64,000 nucleotides of DNA from Candidatus Phycocordibacter aenigmaticus (GCA_045401115.1 CP174359.1:213691-277690), one strand, 5' to 3'; shown: positions 38,431 through 48,358, counted from the stretch's first letter. Translations and numbers: made by a program. The notes: a model not told the origin generated them from the letters alone.

Positions 38431-38459
38431 TTGACTTTCCAGGCGCTCCTTGTTACTAT
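38431..38459 (+). promoter_or_regulatory. promoter candidate for rpsN-rplO-secY (TTGACT, 17 bp spacer, TACTAT)
   Basis: Near-consensus hexamers with 17 bp spacing, followed by a ~130-nt leader before rpsN. Confidence 0.4.
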
Positions 38460-38589
38460 CCTCAGAGCTTTTAGTAGCCTTTTTCTTTGCTCTTTTAGGG
38501 CGGAAAGATGGTTCAAAAGCGAATACCCTCTCGATTCGTCGAGAAAGGTTCCTTTTCTCTCTTTTGAGAATTCAGAAATTATATTATCT

Positions 38590-38859
38590 ATGGCTAAAAA
38601 GTCACAAATTGCACGTGATACGAAGCGACGTCGTCTTGCAGAACGATACGCTGAAAAGCGTGCACAACTAAAACGTGAAGGGCAGTACGAAGAACTTCAA
38701 AAACTTCCTCGTAACTCATCACCAGTACGTATTAATAACCGTTGTGCCGTTTCAGGGCGTTCACGCGGTTTTATGCGTTTCTTTGGTCTTTCTCGTATCC
38801 AATTCCGAGAACTTGCTCGTAAGGGCGAAATTCCCGGTGTAAAGAAATCATCATGGTAA
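38590..38859 (+). CDS. rpsN: 30S ribosomal protein S14 (long form, no Cys zinc motif)
   Basis: Starts [20 protein letters not shown] and contains [39 protein letters not shown]. Confidence 0.85.
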   Translation: MAKKSQIARDTKRRRLAERYAEKRAQLKREGQYEELQKLPRNSSPVRINNRCAVSGRSRGFMRFFGLSRIQFRELARKGEIPGVKKSSW

Positions 38860-39248
38860 ACGACCCAGTAGCAGACTTGATTACGCGTATTAAAAACGCC
38901 AGCATGGTTGGTCATGCAAATGTAGTACTTCCGTACTCCCAGTTTAAGGAGGCTATTGCCTTAACCCTTAAAAAGGCAGGTTTTGTAGGTGACGTAAGCA
39001 AAGAAGGTGATGGTCCTCAAAAGACACTTACCGTAGAGTTGTTGTACCAAAAAGACGGTTCTCCACGTATCACCGATGTAAAACGAGTGTCAAAACCTGG
39101 TCGTCGCGTATATTCCGGTGTACGTGAGTTGCATCCGGTGAAGTACGGTAAAGGTATCACTGTTCTTTCAACACCACGTGGTGTATTAATTGACAGTGAG
39201 GCACGGAAAGTGCGCGCAGGAGGGGAAACCCTCTTTATGATGTGGTAA
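38853..39248 (+). CDS. rpsH: 30S ribosomal protein S8
   Basis: Starts [16 protein letters not shown]. Confidence 0.9.
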   Translation: MVNDPVADLITRIKNASMVGHANVVLPYSQFKEAIALTLKKAGFVGDVSKEGDGPQKTLTVELLYQKDGSPRITDVKRVSKPGRRVYSGVRELHPVKYGKGITVLSTPRGVLIDSEARKVRAGGETLFMMW

Positions 39249-39254
39249 TGCTAT

Positions 39255-39788
39255 ATGAGTAGAATAGGTAAAAACGCAATCGCTATCCCAGAAAAGACAT
39301 CCGTATCACTTACGGGGAATGTTTTAACAGTGAAAGGTCCATTAGGAGAACTTTCACGTCCTGTTCATGATGCAGTAGAGGTTACTATTGGTGATAATGA
39401 TGTGGCGGTGGCACCAAAAAACAATTCAAAACTCGCTCGTTCACTTTGGGGAACTTTCGCATCACATATCATTAATATGATTACTGGTGTGAATGAAAAA
39501 TACAGCAAACAGCTTGAAGTGCGTGGCGTAGGATATAAGGTTGAATTGAATGGTAAGGTGTTGAAACTTGTTGTTGGTTTCTCACACCCAGTAGAAATGC
39601 CGATTCCTGATGGGCTCGAGGTTGCTGTAGAAAAGAGTACTATTACAGTCTCTGGTATTGATAAAGAACAAGTTGGTCAATTTGCGGCAAATGTACGTGC
39701 AACTAAAAAACCAGAGCCATATAAAGGAAAAGGTATTCGTTATGTTGGTGAGTATGTACGTCAAAAACAAGGTAAGCGAGCTGCATAG
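39255..39788 (+). CDS. rplF: 50S ribosomal protein L6
   Basis: Starts [13 protein letters not shown] and has the two-domain L6 layout. Confidence 0.9.
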   Translation: MSRIGKNAIAIPEKTSVSLTGNVLTVKGPLGELSRPVHDAVEVTIGDNDVAVAPKNNSKLARSLWGTFASHIINMITGVNEKYSKQLEVRGVGYKVELNGKVLKLVVGFSHPVEMPIPDGLEVAVEKSTITVSGIDKEQVGQFAANVRATKKPEPYKGKGIRYVGEYVRQKQGKRAA

Positions 39789-39799
39789 TAAATATATAT

Positions 39800-40156
39800 A
39801 TGGGTAAATTAATTCCAAAAACAAAAAAAGAGTCTCGTGAACGCCGTCACGCTCGTGTCCGTGCTAAAGTATCGGGTACTCCTGAACGTCCGCGTCTTGC
39901 AGTGTTCCGATCAAATACTGCCCTCTATGCGCAACTTATTGACGATAAAGCAGGTGTAACATTGGTTAGCGCAAGTTCACAAAGCGTAAAAGATAAAACG
40001 ATGCTCGAACAAGCTGAATGGGTAGGAGCTACTATTGCTGAAAAAGCGGCAGAGAAAAGTATTACGAATGCTGTGTTTGATCGTGGTGGCTTTACATACG
40101 CCGGTCGTATTAAAGCCCTTGCGGAGAGTGCACGCGCTAAAGGTTTGAATTTTTAA
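39800..40156 (+). CDS. rplR: 50S ribosomal protein L18
   Basis: Contains [10 protein letters not shown]...[10 protein letters not shown]. Confidence 0.85.
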   Translation: MGKLIPKTKKESRERRHARVRAKVSGTPERPRLAVFRSNTALYAQLIDDKAGVTLVSASSQSVKDKTMLEQAEWVGATIAEKAAEKSITNAVFDRGGFTYAGRIKALAESARAKGLNF

Positions 40157-40161
40157 GTATT

Positions 40162-40797
40162 ATGACTGAAGAAAAAAAGACACAGCAAAATAACGAGGAA
40201 GTAAAAACTGCTTCATCAAAACAAACATCGCAAACAGACGACAAAAATGCTCCTGCCGGAAAAGGTAAAGGTGACACACGTCCTGCCCGTGGTGGCGCTC
40301 GCGGCGGTGGAGATCGTCGCGGTGGCGGTCGTCGCGGTGGTCGCGGTCGTGGTGATGACCGTGCACGCAGTGAATTTGACCAGAAGGTAATTAGTTTGCG
40401 ACGCGTTTCTCGTGTGGTTGCTGGTGGCCGTCGATTTAGTTTCTCAGCAGCTGTTGTTGCTGGTGACCGAAAAGGTCGCGTTGGCGTCGGTGTTGGTAAG
40501 GGTGTCGATACTGCACTTGCTATGGATAAAGCGTTCCGTGATGCAAAACGTAACATGGTTCGTGTGCCGTTAACTGACACAAAAAGCATTCCACATGACG
40601 TAAAAACAAAATATTCAGCATCAATGCTTGAACTTCGCCCATCACCAGCTCGTGGTATTGTTGCTGGTTCATCAGTACGTACTGTACTTGAACTCGCCGG
40701 AGTCACTGACGTTATTGCAAAATTATACTCTCGATCAAAGAATAAAATTAACAATGCTCGCGCGACAGTACAGGCGCTCATGGAGCTTTCTAAATAA
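40162..40797 (+). CDS. rpsE: 30S ribosomal protein S5 with a long RGG-repeat N-terminal extension
   Basis: S5 core VISLRRVSRVVAGGRRFSFSAAVVAGD...GVGKG follows about 70 aa rich in R/G repeats. Confidence 0.9.
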   Translation: MTEEKKTQQNNEEVKTASSKQTSQTDDKNAPAGKGKGDTRPARGGARGGGDRRGGGRRGGRGRGDDRARSEFDQKVISLRRVSRVVAGGRRFSFSAAVVAGDRKGRVGVGVGKGVDTALAMDKAFRDAKRNMVRVPLTDTKSIPHDVKTKYSASMLELRPSPARGIVAGSSVRTVLELAGVTDVIAKLYSRSKNKINNARATVQALMELSK

Positions 40798-40802
40798 TAA
40801 AG

Positions 40803-41258
40803 ATGAGTATGCAGAAACATTCACTTACACGACCAGTAAATCTTGATTCCAAAAAACGTATTGGACGTGGTGGAAAGCGTGGTAAAACATCAGGTAAGGG
40901 TCATAAAGGTCAAAAAGCACGCGCTGGTAACAGTACTCGTCCTGAAATGCGGGATATCATTAAAAAAATTCCGAAACTACGCGGTCATGGTAAAAATCGT
41001 GCCAAAACAGTAGTACCACGTGTTGCGTATCAAGTAGTAAACCTTGATCAGCTCGAAACACATTTTGACACTGGTGCAAAAGTAACGCCAAGCGCTCTTC
41101 TTGAGGCTGGGTTGGTACGTCGCCAAGGAGGAAAGTTGCCGAAAGTAAAAGTGCTTGCACGTGGCACACTCAGTAAAAAACTCTCATTTGAAAAAGTGAA
41201 TGCGTCAAAAGAGGCACGTACACACATTGAGAAGGCAGGCGGTACTATCGCTGCATAA
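40803..41258 (+). CDS. rplO: 50S ribosomal protein L15
   Basis: Contains GRGGKRGKTSGKGHKGQKAR. It follows rpsE directly, with no rpmD between them. Confidence 0.9.
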   Translation: MSMQKHSLTRPVNLDSKKRIGRGGKRGKTSGKGHKGQKARAGNSTRPEMRDIIKKIPKLRGHGKNRAKTVVPRVAYQVVNLDQLETHFDTGAKVTPSALLEAGLVRRQGGKLPKVKVLARGTLSKKLSFEKVNASKEARTHIEKAGGTIAA

Positions 41259-41261
41259 CCT

Positions 41262-42536
41262 ATGAATCTTTTTCTTAGAAAAGCTAAACTCGTACTCACT
41301 GACAGCGCTCTTCTTAAACGTCTCGGTTTTGTTTTGGTGGTTCTCGCGATCTTTCGCGTTTTAGCGGCAGTTCCAGTTCCGGGTATTAATCCAATTCAAT
41401 TGGAGCAATTTTTCCAAAACAATCAATTCCTTGGTTTTCTTAACATATTCTCTGGCGGCGGTCTGTCGTCGTTATCATTGGTTATGCTTGGTGTTGGTCC
41501 GTTTATTACGGCATCAATTATCATGCAACTCCTTACGATCGTATTCCCTTCAGTGAAATCAATGTATCAAGAAGAGGGAGAGATTGGTCGTAAACGTTTT
41601 ATTCAATACTCACGTCTACTCACTGTGCCACTTGCAGCGGTGCAGGGCTTCAGTTTTCTTTTCTTACTCCAAAATCAGGGCGTTATTACCGCATTAGCAC
41701 CGATTGAATACACACTCAACCTTGTCGTTATTATTGCCGGAAGCCTCCTCCTTATGTGGCTTGGTGAATTAATAACTGAGTTTGGTATTGGTAATGGTGT
41801 TTCAATTATTATTTTCGCCGGTATCGTAGCAACATTGCCACAGACTATTTCACAACTTCTTTTCTCTTTCGATCCTTCACAGATTCCGCTCTACCTTACC
41901 TTCGGTATCGCGGCAGTGCTCGTCACATACGGCGTGGTGGTTATGACCGAAGCAGAGCGACCAGTTCCTATTACCTACGCACGGCAGGGCCGTTCAGGTG
42001 GCGGTGCACAACCAGCCGTATCAACATATCTCCCACTTCGCCTTAACCAGGCTGGCGTGATCCCTATTATTTTTGCGTTGTCTATTCTTATATTCCCACA
42101 GCTCATTCTTAACTTCCTTTCACAGGCAGACATCGGCGGTGTTTCAGGTCTTGCGTCCAGTCTTCTCTCAATTCCGTTTGGTGCAATTATTTACGCAGCA
42201 TTCTACTTTATCTTAGTGTTCGTGTTTACCTTCTTCTACACTGCGGTAACCTTCGATCCAAATCGTATTGCTGACAACCTACAGAAAAGTGGCGCGTTCG
42301 TACCGGGCGTACGTCCAGGAGGACAAACTAGTGAATATGTTGGTCGTATTGTGACCCGCCTCACTCTTGTGGGTGCTATCTTCCTTGGGTTTGTAGCGGT
42401 GCTTCCATTGGCGATGCAGTCAATCACCGGCTTCTCAGCACTCGCTATTGGCGGTACTGCACTTTTGATTGTGGTAACAGTGGTACTCGACTTAGTGCGT
42501 AAAATCGACGCACAAGTCTCTCTTCGAGAATACTAA
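41262..42536 (+). CDS. secY: preprotein translocase subunit SecY
   Basis: 424 aa with 10 TM segments and SecY signatures (GINPIQ, GTALLIVV). Confidence 0.9.
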   Translation: MNLFLRKAKLVLTDSALLKRLGFVLVVLAIFRVLAAVPVPGINPIQLEQFFQNNQFLGFLNIFSGGGLSSLSLVMLGVGPFITASIIMQLLTIVFPSVKSMYQEEGEIGRKRFIQYSRLLTVPLAAVQGFSFLFLLQNQGVITALAPIEYTLNLVVIIAGSLLLMWLGELITEFGIGNGVSIIIFAGIVATLPQTISQLLFSFDPSQIPLYLTFGIAAVLVTYGVVVMTEAERPVPITYARQGRSGGGAQPAVSTYLPLRLNQAGVIPIIFALSILIFPQLILNFLSQADIGGVSGLASSLLSIPFGAIIYAAFYFILVFVFTFFYTAVTFDPNRIADNLQKSGAFVPGVRPGGQTSEYVGRIVTRLTLVGAIFLGFVAVLPLAMQSITGFSALAIGGTALLIVVTVVLDLVRKIDAQVSLREY

Positions 42537-42680
42537 ACGAGAGAGAAGGTATTCAATCTCAATTACGTAGTATCTCGCTTCGTATTTTTGTATAGACCGA
42601 CATCCACACAGCGCAACTTATATTAAAACTAACACTCGCGGTAAGTTGACGTGCTCGTAAGTTTACGTAACTATATTCTA

Positions 42681-43259
42681 ATGAAACAAAGGTCAGGAAA
42701 ATTTATTATGGTAGCGGGTCCTTCTGGGAGTGGAAAGGGGACGCTTATTGAATATGCACGCACGGTATTTCCTCATTTAGCACGACCAGTCACTTCAACC
42801 ACTCGTGCACCTCGTCCTGGCGAAGAAGAGGGTGTGCACCGGTTCTTTCTTTCACCAGAGGAATTTCAGCAACGTATCGCTGAAAATTTTTTCCTCGAAT
42901 GGGCGGAATACGGGGGACATCTGTATGGAACCTCATATGATTCAGTCGTTCCGCTTGTGCAGAGGGGTGAATTTGTTTTAAAAGAGCTTGAGGTACAAGG
43001 TGTGCGTCAGGTTATCGCCACAATGCCCGCTGCGGAGGTGGTAACTATCTTTATTGATGCAGGTTCTTGGGACTCTATGGAAGCTCGTATTCGGGCCCGG
43101 GCACCAATCAGCGAAGAAGAGCTTAAAAAAAGAAAAGAGCGGTATGAAGATGAAATGAGTTTTAAGGCGCATGCAGATATAATTATTTCTAATAAAAACG
43201 GTGAACTTGAGCAGGCAAAAAAGGATTTTGAAGATGCCGTTCGGTCGATAATTTCATGA
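42681..43259 (+). CDS. gmk: guanylate kinase
   Basis: Motifs VAGPSGSGKGTL, TTRAPRPGEEEGVHRFF and the YGTSY context. Confidence 0.8.
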   Translation: MKQRSGKFIMVAGPSGSGKGTLIEYARTVFPHLARPVTSTTRAPRPGEEEGVHRFFLSPEEFQQRIAENFFLEWAEYGGHLYGTSYDSVVPLVQRGEFVLKELEVQGVRQVIATMPAAEVVTIFIDAGSWDSMEARIRARAPISEEELKKRKERYEDEMSFKAHADIIISNKNGELEQAKKDFEDAVRSIIS

Positions 43260-43281
43260 TTATCTGTTATGCTGCCTCTGT

Positions 43282-43857
43282 ATGAATAACCCAAAACACC
43301 TCTTTTTGTTTGTTGGACGTATTGCTTCAGGCAAGGAAACTCAAGGGCAATTACTTGCTGACAAACTTGACGCACCAATGTTTATGACTGGCGGTAAAAT
43401 TCGCGAGATCATGGCGTCTGATTCACAATTAGGTAAGCGTCTAAAAGACGACTACAACAAAGGTCTCCTTATGCCGGCGTGGTTTGCCACCTACCTATTC
43501 CAGGACTTCCTTTTAAATTTACCGGATGATACACATGCAGTTTTTGAAGGCACCGGTCGTGCGGTTGCCGAAGCAGAAGATTTTCATAAAACAGCGGCAT
43601 GGTTAGGGCGTCCGTATACAGTGTTTAATTTAGTAGTGACCCCAGAGACGGTAATGGAGCGTTCACTGTCACGTGGACGTGATGTAGCAGATACTGAAGA
43701 GGCTGTGAAAACACGGCTTGCCGAATATGAAAAAACAACCGCACCAGCCATTGAGTATTTCAAAGAGCAAGGTGTTGCTGTTGATATCGATGGCGAAAAA
43801 CCAGTCGAAGCTATTCATGAAGAGGTAATGCAGTACGTAACTAACGTTGTTTCATGA
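43282..43857 (+). CDS. adk: adenylate kinase-like nucleoside monophosphate kinase with a divergent P-loop
   Basis: NMP-kinase fold with P-loop GRIASGKETQG in place of GxPGxGKGTQ. It has no long LID and sits in the expected secY-adk-map position. Confidence 0.65.
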   Translation: MNNPKHLFLFVGRIASGKETQGQLLADKLDAPMFMTGGKIREIMASDSQLGKRLKDDYNKGLLMPAWFATYLFQDFLLNLPDDTHAVFEGTGRAVAEAEDFHKTAAWLGRPYTVFNLVVTPETVMERSLSRGRDVADTEEAVKTRLAEYEKTTAPAIEYFKEQGVAVDIDGEKPVEAIHEEVMQYVTNVVS

Positions 43858-44627
43858 GTGTTATAACAAATCCTGAAGACCTGGCCTACATGCGCGAATC
43901 AGGGCGACGCCTCGGTCGTGTGGTTGATGCAGTGGCACGTATGATTGCACCCGGTGTTTCGGTTGCCGATTTAAATAAAAAAGCTGATGAACTGATTCGT
44001 GCTACCGGTGACACTCCGGCGTTTCTTAATTACAAACCTTGGGGTGCCGACCGTCCATTCCCTGCGTCTATATGTATTTCGGTAAACGAAGAGGTTGTCC
44101 ACGGCATTCCAAACGAGAACCCACACGTTATCGAAGAGGGGGATATTGTCTCTCTTGATTGCGGATTAACTCATCATGGACTTATCTCTGACCATGCCGT
44201 TTCAGTAGTAGCGGGCACTGCAGATGCTGAAACACAACGTCTGCTTGATGCGACACGCGAAGGAATGATGGCAGGAATCAACGCCGCACGTGCGGGCAAT
44301 CGCGTAGGAGATATCAGCGCAGCAATTGAAGCAATTGGTGTGAAGTATGGTTACGGTATCGTGCAGTCACTTGGTGGACATGGTGTTGGGTATCGTGTAC
44401 ATGAAGAACCGTATATTCCTAATGTAGGTGATGCAGGCACAGGACCGGAACTTATTGCGGGTATGGTGCTCGCCATTGAACCAATGTTTACAGAAGGGAC
44501 TGATGAAGTAGACCTGCTTGATGACGGATATACGTATGTGACAACAGATGGTTCACGTAATGCGCATTTTGAACATACTATTTTAGTTACCGATGGTGAA
44601 CCAGAAATTTTAACGCGCCTGCAATAG
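43854..44627 (+). CDS. map: type I methionine aminopeptidase
   Basis: 257 aa with metal ligands in DxxxD, H, E and E contexts (VHGIP, SLDCG, GHGVG, LAIEPMF). Confidence 0.9.
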   Translation: MSVITNPEDLAYMRESGRRLGRVVDAVARMIAPGVSVADLNKKADELIRATGDTPAFLNYKPWGADRPFPASICISVNEEVVHGIPNENPHVIEEGDIVSLDCGLTHHGLISDHAVSVVAGTADAETQRLLDATREGMMAGINAARAGNRVGDISAAIEAIGVKYGYGIVQSLGGHGVGYRVHEEPYIPNVGDAGTGPELIAGMVLAIEPMFTEGTDEVDLLDDGYTYVTTDGSRNAHFEHTILVTDGEPEILTRLQ

Positions 44628-44724
44628 TTTTATATACATATCATTCATAAAGACCACATCAGTGGTCTTTATTGGTGGTAATATCGTTGTAAATATTACA
44701 TACAACACTGTTATACTGTGAAAT

Positions 44725-47586
44725 ATGAAGCAACCTGGCGGTGAAGGTAATATCTCTCCCGAGCATCAATTGAATAAACTTCGTGAAAGCGAACGCTCCG
44801 GCGGTGACTCTGGCAGGGGTAGGCGTACCCGCTCAGGCGCAACTGATGTTGCAATAACTCCAGAAACCGAACAACTCACCACGCCACAATATGATACTCC
44901 AACACAGCATGAGGCAAGTGAAATACGTTTAAATCTCGCGCCGGACACGAATGATAAAGATATGGAACACCTCCTCAGTATCCTACAAGATTCAGGGTGG
45001 AAAGCGGTGCGTAAAGAGTTAGATCGTATCAATAACCCGCATATTGAAGACGACTTTCACCGCTTATTGGTGCAGTATAAAAAAGACGGACATGAAATAC
45101 CGGGGCTGAATAAAAATGACCCACTCAACGAAGCACTTAATTTCATGCTTTTTGAAATTGCTATTCCTGTCAGTGGTAGCGGCGCAGGAGAGAAAACACT
45201 GAAAGATATTTTTGTACAAATGGAGCAATTGTATTTAGCTATCGTTCCTTACTTCAGTGTCCCAGACCCAGTGTTTTTTAAAGGACCGCGTAAACGGACC
45301 GCGCTATTCCCTGAACATTTTACTCTTGAGCTCGCGGTCAGACAGGGGAGTGAAGATGCAACATTTTATATAGCGATTGATCGCTCAAAGCGAGAGTTTT
45401 TTGAAAAACAAGTATTTTCCATCTTTCCTAAAGCAATTATTAATGAGGTGCAGGATGATTATAATATTTTTAATCAATTCGGCGAGACTGTTGCCTCAAA
45501 AGGGCGCTACGCGCGTGGCCAAGCCACTCCGATTAATACCGGGGCAAAGTTTGATTACGATCCGATGAACGTTACACTTGCTGCGTTTTCCAAAATAGCA
45601 AAAGAAGGAGAGGGAGCCGCTATTCAATTTTCTGTTTCACCGGCGGGTGATTATCTGAAAGACCAGGTGCGTGAGTGTTACTTTGAAGCACAAAAAGGTG
45701 CGGGTCTTATCAAGGCACAGCAAAAATGGTTTTTGTTCGGTAAACATCCATGGAGTCGACGTATCTGGCCGTTGTTGTGGAAGTGGTTTTCCGGTTTTTT
45801 CAAAAGCGGAGAAGAAGAAAAGAAAGATAAAGCACCTGATTCAATCGTGACGACTGCGATGGCAGAAAAAATGAAAAGTCCGGTCATGGGAGCAAACTTG
45901 CGACTCGTTGCTTCAGCGCGTACGAAATCTCGCGCCGAGTCAATTCTTTCAGAGCTCGAGCTCTCATTTGGTCAATTTGAAAATTCAGAAGGTAACCGAT
46001 TCCGATTTACTCGTGTTGATAACAAAAAAGAGCTGCGGACGTTTTTGCGCCAATTTATTTTCAGACAATTCGAACCAGGGTTTAAGGAGGATCCAATGAT
46101 TCTTTGGTTGCTTCCGTGGTTTGGAAGAGACTATATGCTCTTTGATAAGCATACATTGTATTTGAACCTTGCCGAACTTGCGGCGGCGTACCACATCAGT
46201 ATTGGTGGCGGGTCATCGTCGCGTGAATTGAAATCATCAGGATCGGCAAAAGCCCCTGCACCGATGAACCTGTCTGACGAAGGTATTGTGTTGGGTGAAA
46301 ACACATTTGGTGGACGTACACAACAGATTCACTTTGACCCTGATGACCGCTTGCGCCATTTTTATGCCATCGGACAAACCGGTACTGGTAAAACAACATT
46401 ACTCAAGCAGATGATTACACAAGATATTGAAAACGGGGAAGGGGTTTGTTTTATTGACCCCCACGGAGTCGATGTTCAGGATATTTTAAGTCGTATACCG
46501 AAAGAACGATATGACGATGTTATTTATTTTGACCCAGCACATACAGAACGCCCTATGGGTATGAACATGTTGGAGTTTGATCCACGCTTTCCTGAACAGA
46601 AGACTTTTGTGGTGGATGAAATGTTTAAAATCTTCCAAAAACTGTACGGTAAGTCGAATCCAGAAGCATTTGGTCCGGTATTCGAAACCTATTTCCGTAA
46701 TGCGACTCTTCTGGTGCTTGAAGATCCGGAGACTGGTTCAACGCTTATGGATATTTCGCGCGTGCTTTCAGATGATGACTTCCGTCATTACAAGCTGTCA
46801 CGCTCGAACAACCCGGTAGTGAATCACTTCTGGGAGGAGGTGGCTGAACAGGTGCGTGGTGAAGGTGACTTACGCAACGTCGTGCCATACATTACCTCGA
46901 AGTTCGATATCTTCATTGCCAATGAGATTATGCGCCCGATTATCGGGCAACAACGTAGTGCCTTTACCATGAGTGACATTATGGAAAATAAAAAAATCCT
47001 TTTGGTCAATCTCTCAAAAGGACGTCTTGGTGATGTAAACGCAGACCTCATCGGGCTGGTTATTGTCGGTAAAATCTTGATGGCAGCACTGGCGCGTTCT
47101 GAAACATTGAATACAAAATATCACGCACCGTTCTATCTCTATATGGATGAGTTCCAAAATATTACTACCAACTCAATCGCTACCATTCTTTCTGAGGCGC
47201 GTAAGTATGGTCTCTCACTTACGATTGCCCATCAATATATTAAACAGCTGAGCCCTACCATTTCAGAGGCGGTATTTGGTAACGTGGGTTCAATGGCTGC
47301 GTTCCGTATTGGCTCCGAAGACGCACAATTTTTGGAAAGGCAGTACGCTCCGGAGTTCACTGCAAAAGACATGGTAAATATTGATAACTATAATGCATAT
47401 GTGCGCATGCTTGCAAAAGGAAAGCCGGTCGATCCATTTTCTTTAGAAACACTTCCATTTATTAGTGGCGAGGCAACACAAGTTGAGGCGCTCAAGCATA
47501 TGTCATATCAACGGTATGGGCGTCAACGCGCTGCTGTTGAAGAGGAAATTCGAGAGAAATACCAAGGTATGCGCGGTATAAAATAA
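44725..47586 (+). CDS. large P-loop ATPase of the FtsK-HerA superfamily (HerA/TraD/TraG-like C-terminal half, about 500 aa N-terminal region of unknown function)
   Basis: 953 aa with Walker A YAIGQTGTGKTTLL, Walker B FYLYMDEFQNI, and the downstream RK-G...Q...QL block (ARKYGLSLTIAHQYIKQL) typical of HerA/TraD/TraG coupling-type ATPases. No N-terminal TM helices. Confidence 0.6.
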   Translation: MKQPGGEGNISPEHQLNKLRESERSGGDSGRGRRTRSGATDVAITPETEQLTTPQYDTPTQHEASEIRLNLAPDTNDKDMEHLLSILQDSGWKAVRKELDRINNPHIEDDFHRLLVQYKKDGHEIPGLNKNDPLNEALNFMLFEIAIPVSGSGAGEKTLKDIFVQMEQLYLAIVPYFSVPDPVFFKGPRKRTALFPEHFTLELAVRQGSEDATFYIAIDRSKREFFEKQVFSIFPKAIINEVQDDYNIFNQFGETVASKGRYARGQATPINTGAKFDYDPMNVTLAAFSKIAKEGEGAAIQFSVSPAGDYLKDQVRECYFEAQKGAGLIKAQQKWFLFGKHPWSRRIWPLLWKWFSGFFKSGEEEKKDKAPDSIVTTAMAEKMKSPVMGANLRLVASARTKSRAESILSELELSFGQFENSEGNRFRFTRVDNKKELRTFLRQFIFRQFEPGFKEDPMILWLLPWFGRDYMLFDKHTLYLNLAELAAAYHISIGGGSSSRELKSSGSAKAPAPMNLSDEGIVLGENTFGGRTQQIHFDPDDRLRHFYAIGQTGTGKTTLLKQMITQDIENGEGVCFIDPHGVDVQDILSRIPKERYDDVIYFDPAHTERPMGMNMLEFDPRFPEQKTFVVDEMFKIFQKLYGKSNPEAFGPVFETYFRNATLLVLEDPETGSTLMDISRVLSDDDFRHYKLSRSNNPVVNHFWEEVAEQVRGEGDLRNVVPYITSKFDIFIANEIMRPIIGQQRSAFTMSDIMENKKILLVNLSKGRLGDVNADLIGLVIVGKILMAALARSETLNTKYHAPFYLYMDEFQNITTNSIATILSEARKYGLSLTIAHQYIKQLSPTISEAVFGNVGSMAAFRIGSEDAQFLERQYAPEFTAKDMVNIDNYNAYVRMLAKGKPVDPFSLETLPFISGEATQVEALKHMSYQRYGRQRAAVEEEIREKYQGMRGIK

Positions 47587-47701
47587 TATTGATACGATAC
47601 CTGAGTATTTTCGCTTTTTCGTCGGCTCCGTGGTACACTCGTGTCGTACAGTGCCACTGAGGTGGTATATTCTATACTTATACATTTAATCTTTTAACGG
47701 G

Positions 47702-48301
47702 ATGAAATTTGAAAAACAACAAACGCTTTTAATTATAAAACCGGACGGCGTACAACGTTCACTTATTGGCGAAATAATTTCGCGTATTGAGCGAGTAGGA
47801 CTTAAAATCGTCGGTCTTAAGTTGGTAGTACCTACACGCGACCAACTCATTACTCACTACAACAAAGATGATGCATGGTTCTTAAAGAAAGGGGAAAATA
47901 TTGTTCAAAATAGAAAAGAAAATAATCTCCCAATAGAAAAAGAACCGATCGAATATGGACGTGAAATTATCGAACAACTGGTAACATTCATGACCACTGG
48001 TCCGGTTGTGGCTATGGTGGTACGTGGTAACGAAGCGGTACATATTGTTAAAAAACTTGTCGGCGAGACACAACCGTCTACATCAGATGTTGGTACAATC
48101 CGTGGCGATTATACGCTTGATTCATATGAACATGCTGGCATGCAAGAACGCGCAGTTCGCAATCTCGTGCATTGTTCTGACGAGTTTGAAGAGGCAAAAC
48201 GAGAAATCGACATTTGGTTTGCTGAGAATGAAATTGTAAACTATCGTCTTGTACCGGAAAGCATACTCTACGACGTAAACCTTGACGGTATTTTAGAATA
48301 G
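47702..48301 (+). CDS. ndk: nucleoside diphosphate kinase (with an internal insertion)
   Basis: Motifs TLLIIKPDGVQR and NLVHCSD (the active-site His region), with about 199 aa overall. Confidence 0.8.
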   Translation: MKFEKQQTLLIIKPDGVQRSLIGEIISRIERVGLKIVGLKLVVPTRDQLITHYNKDDAWFLKKGENIVQNRKENNLPIEKEPIEYGREIIEQLVTFMTTGPVVAMVVRGNEAVHIVKKLVGETQPSTSDVGTIRGDYTLDSYEHAGMQERAVRNLVHCSDEFEEAKREIDIWFAENEIVNYRLVPESILYDVNLDGILE

Positions 48302-48330
48302 TCGTTTAGTCGAGAATATGCACACCATAT

Positions 48331-48358
48331 AAAAAACTCCCCGAGGGGGGAGTTTTTT
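48331..48358 (+). terminator. rho-independent terminator after ndk (CTCCCCGAGGGGGGAG followed by T-run)
   Basis: GC hairpin plus T6 run. Confidence 0.6.

Noticed and set aside
40137-40820. 227-aa minus-strand ORF, very R/P/S-rich
   Set aside because: It is antisense to rpsE. It arises from the GC-rich RGG-repeat coding segment of S5.
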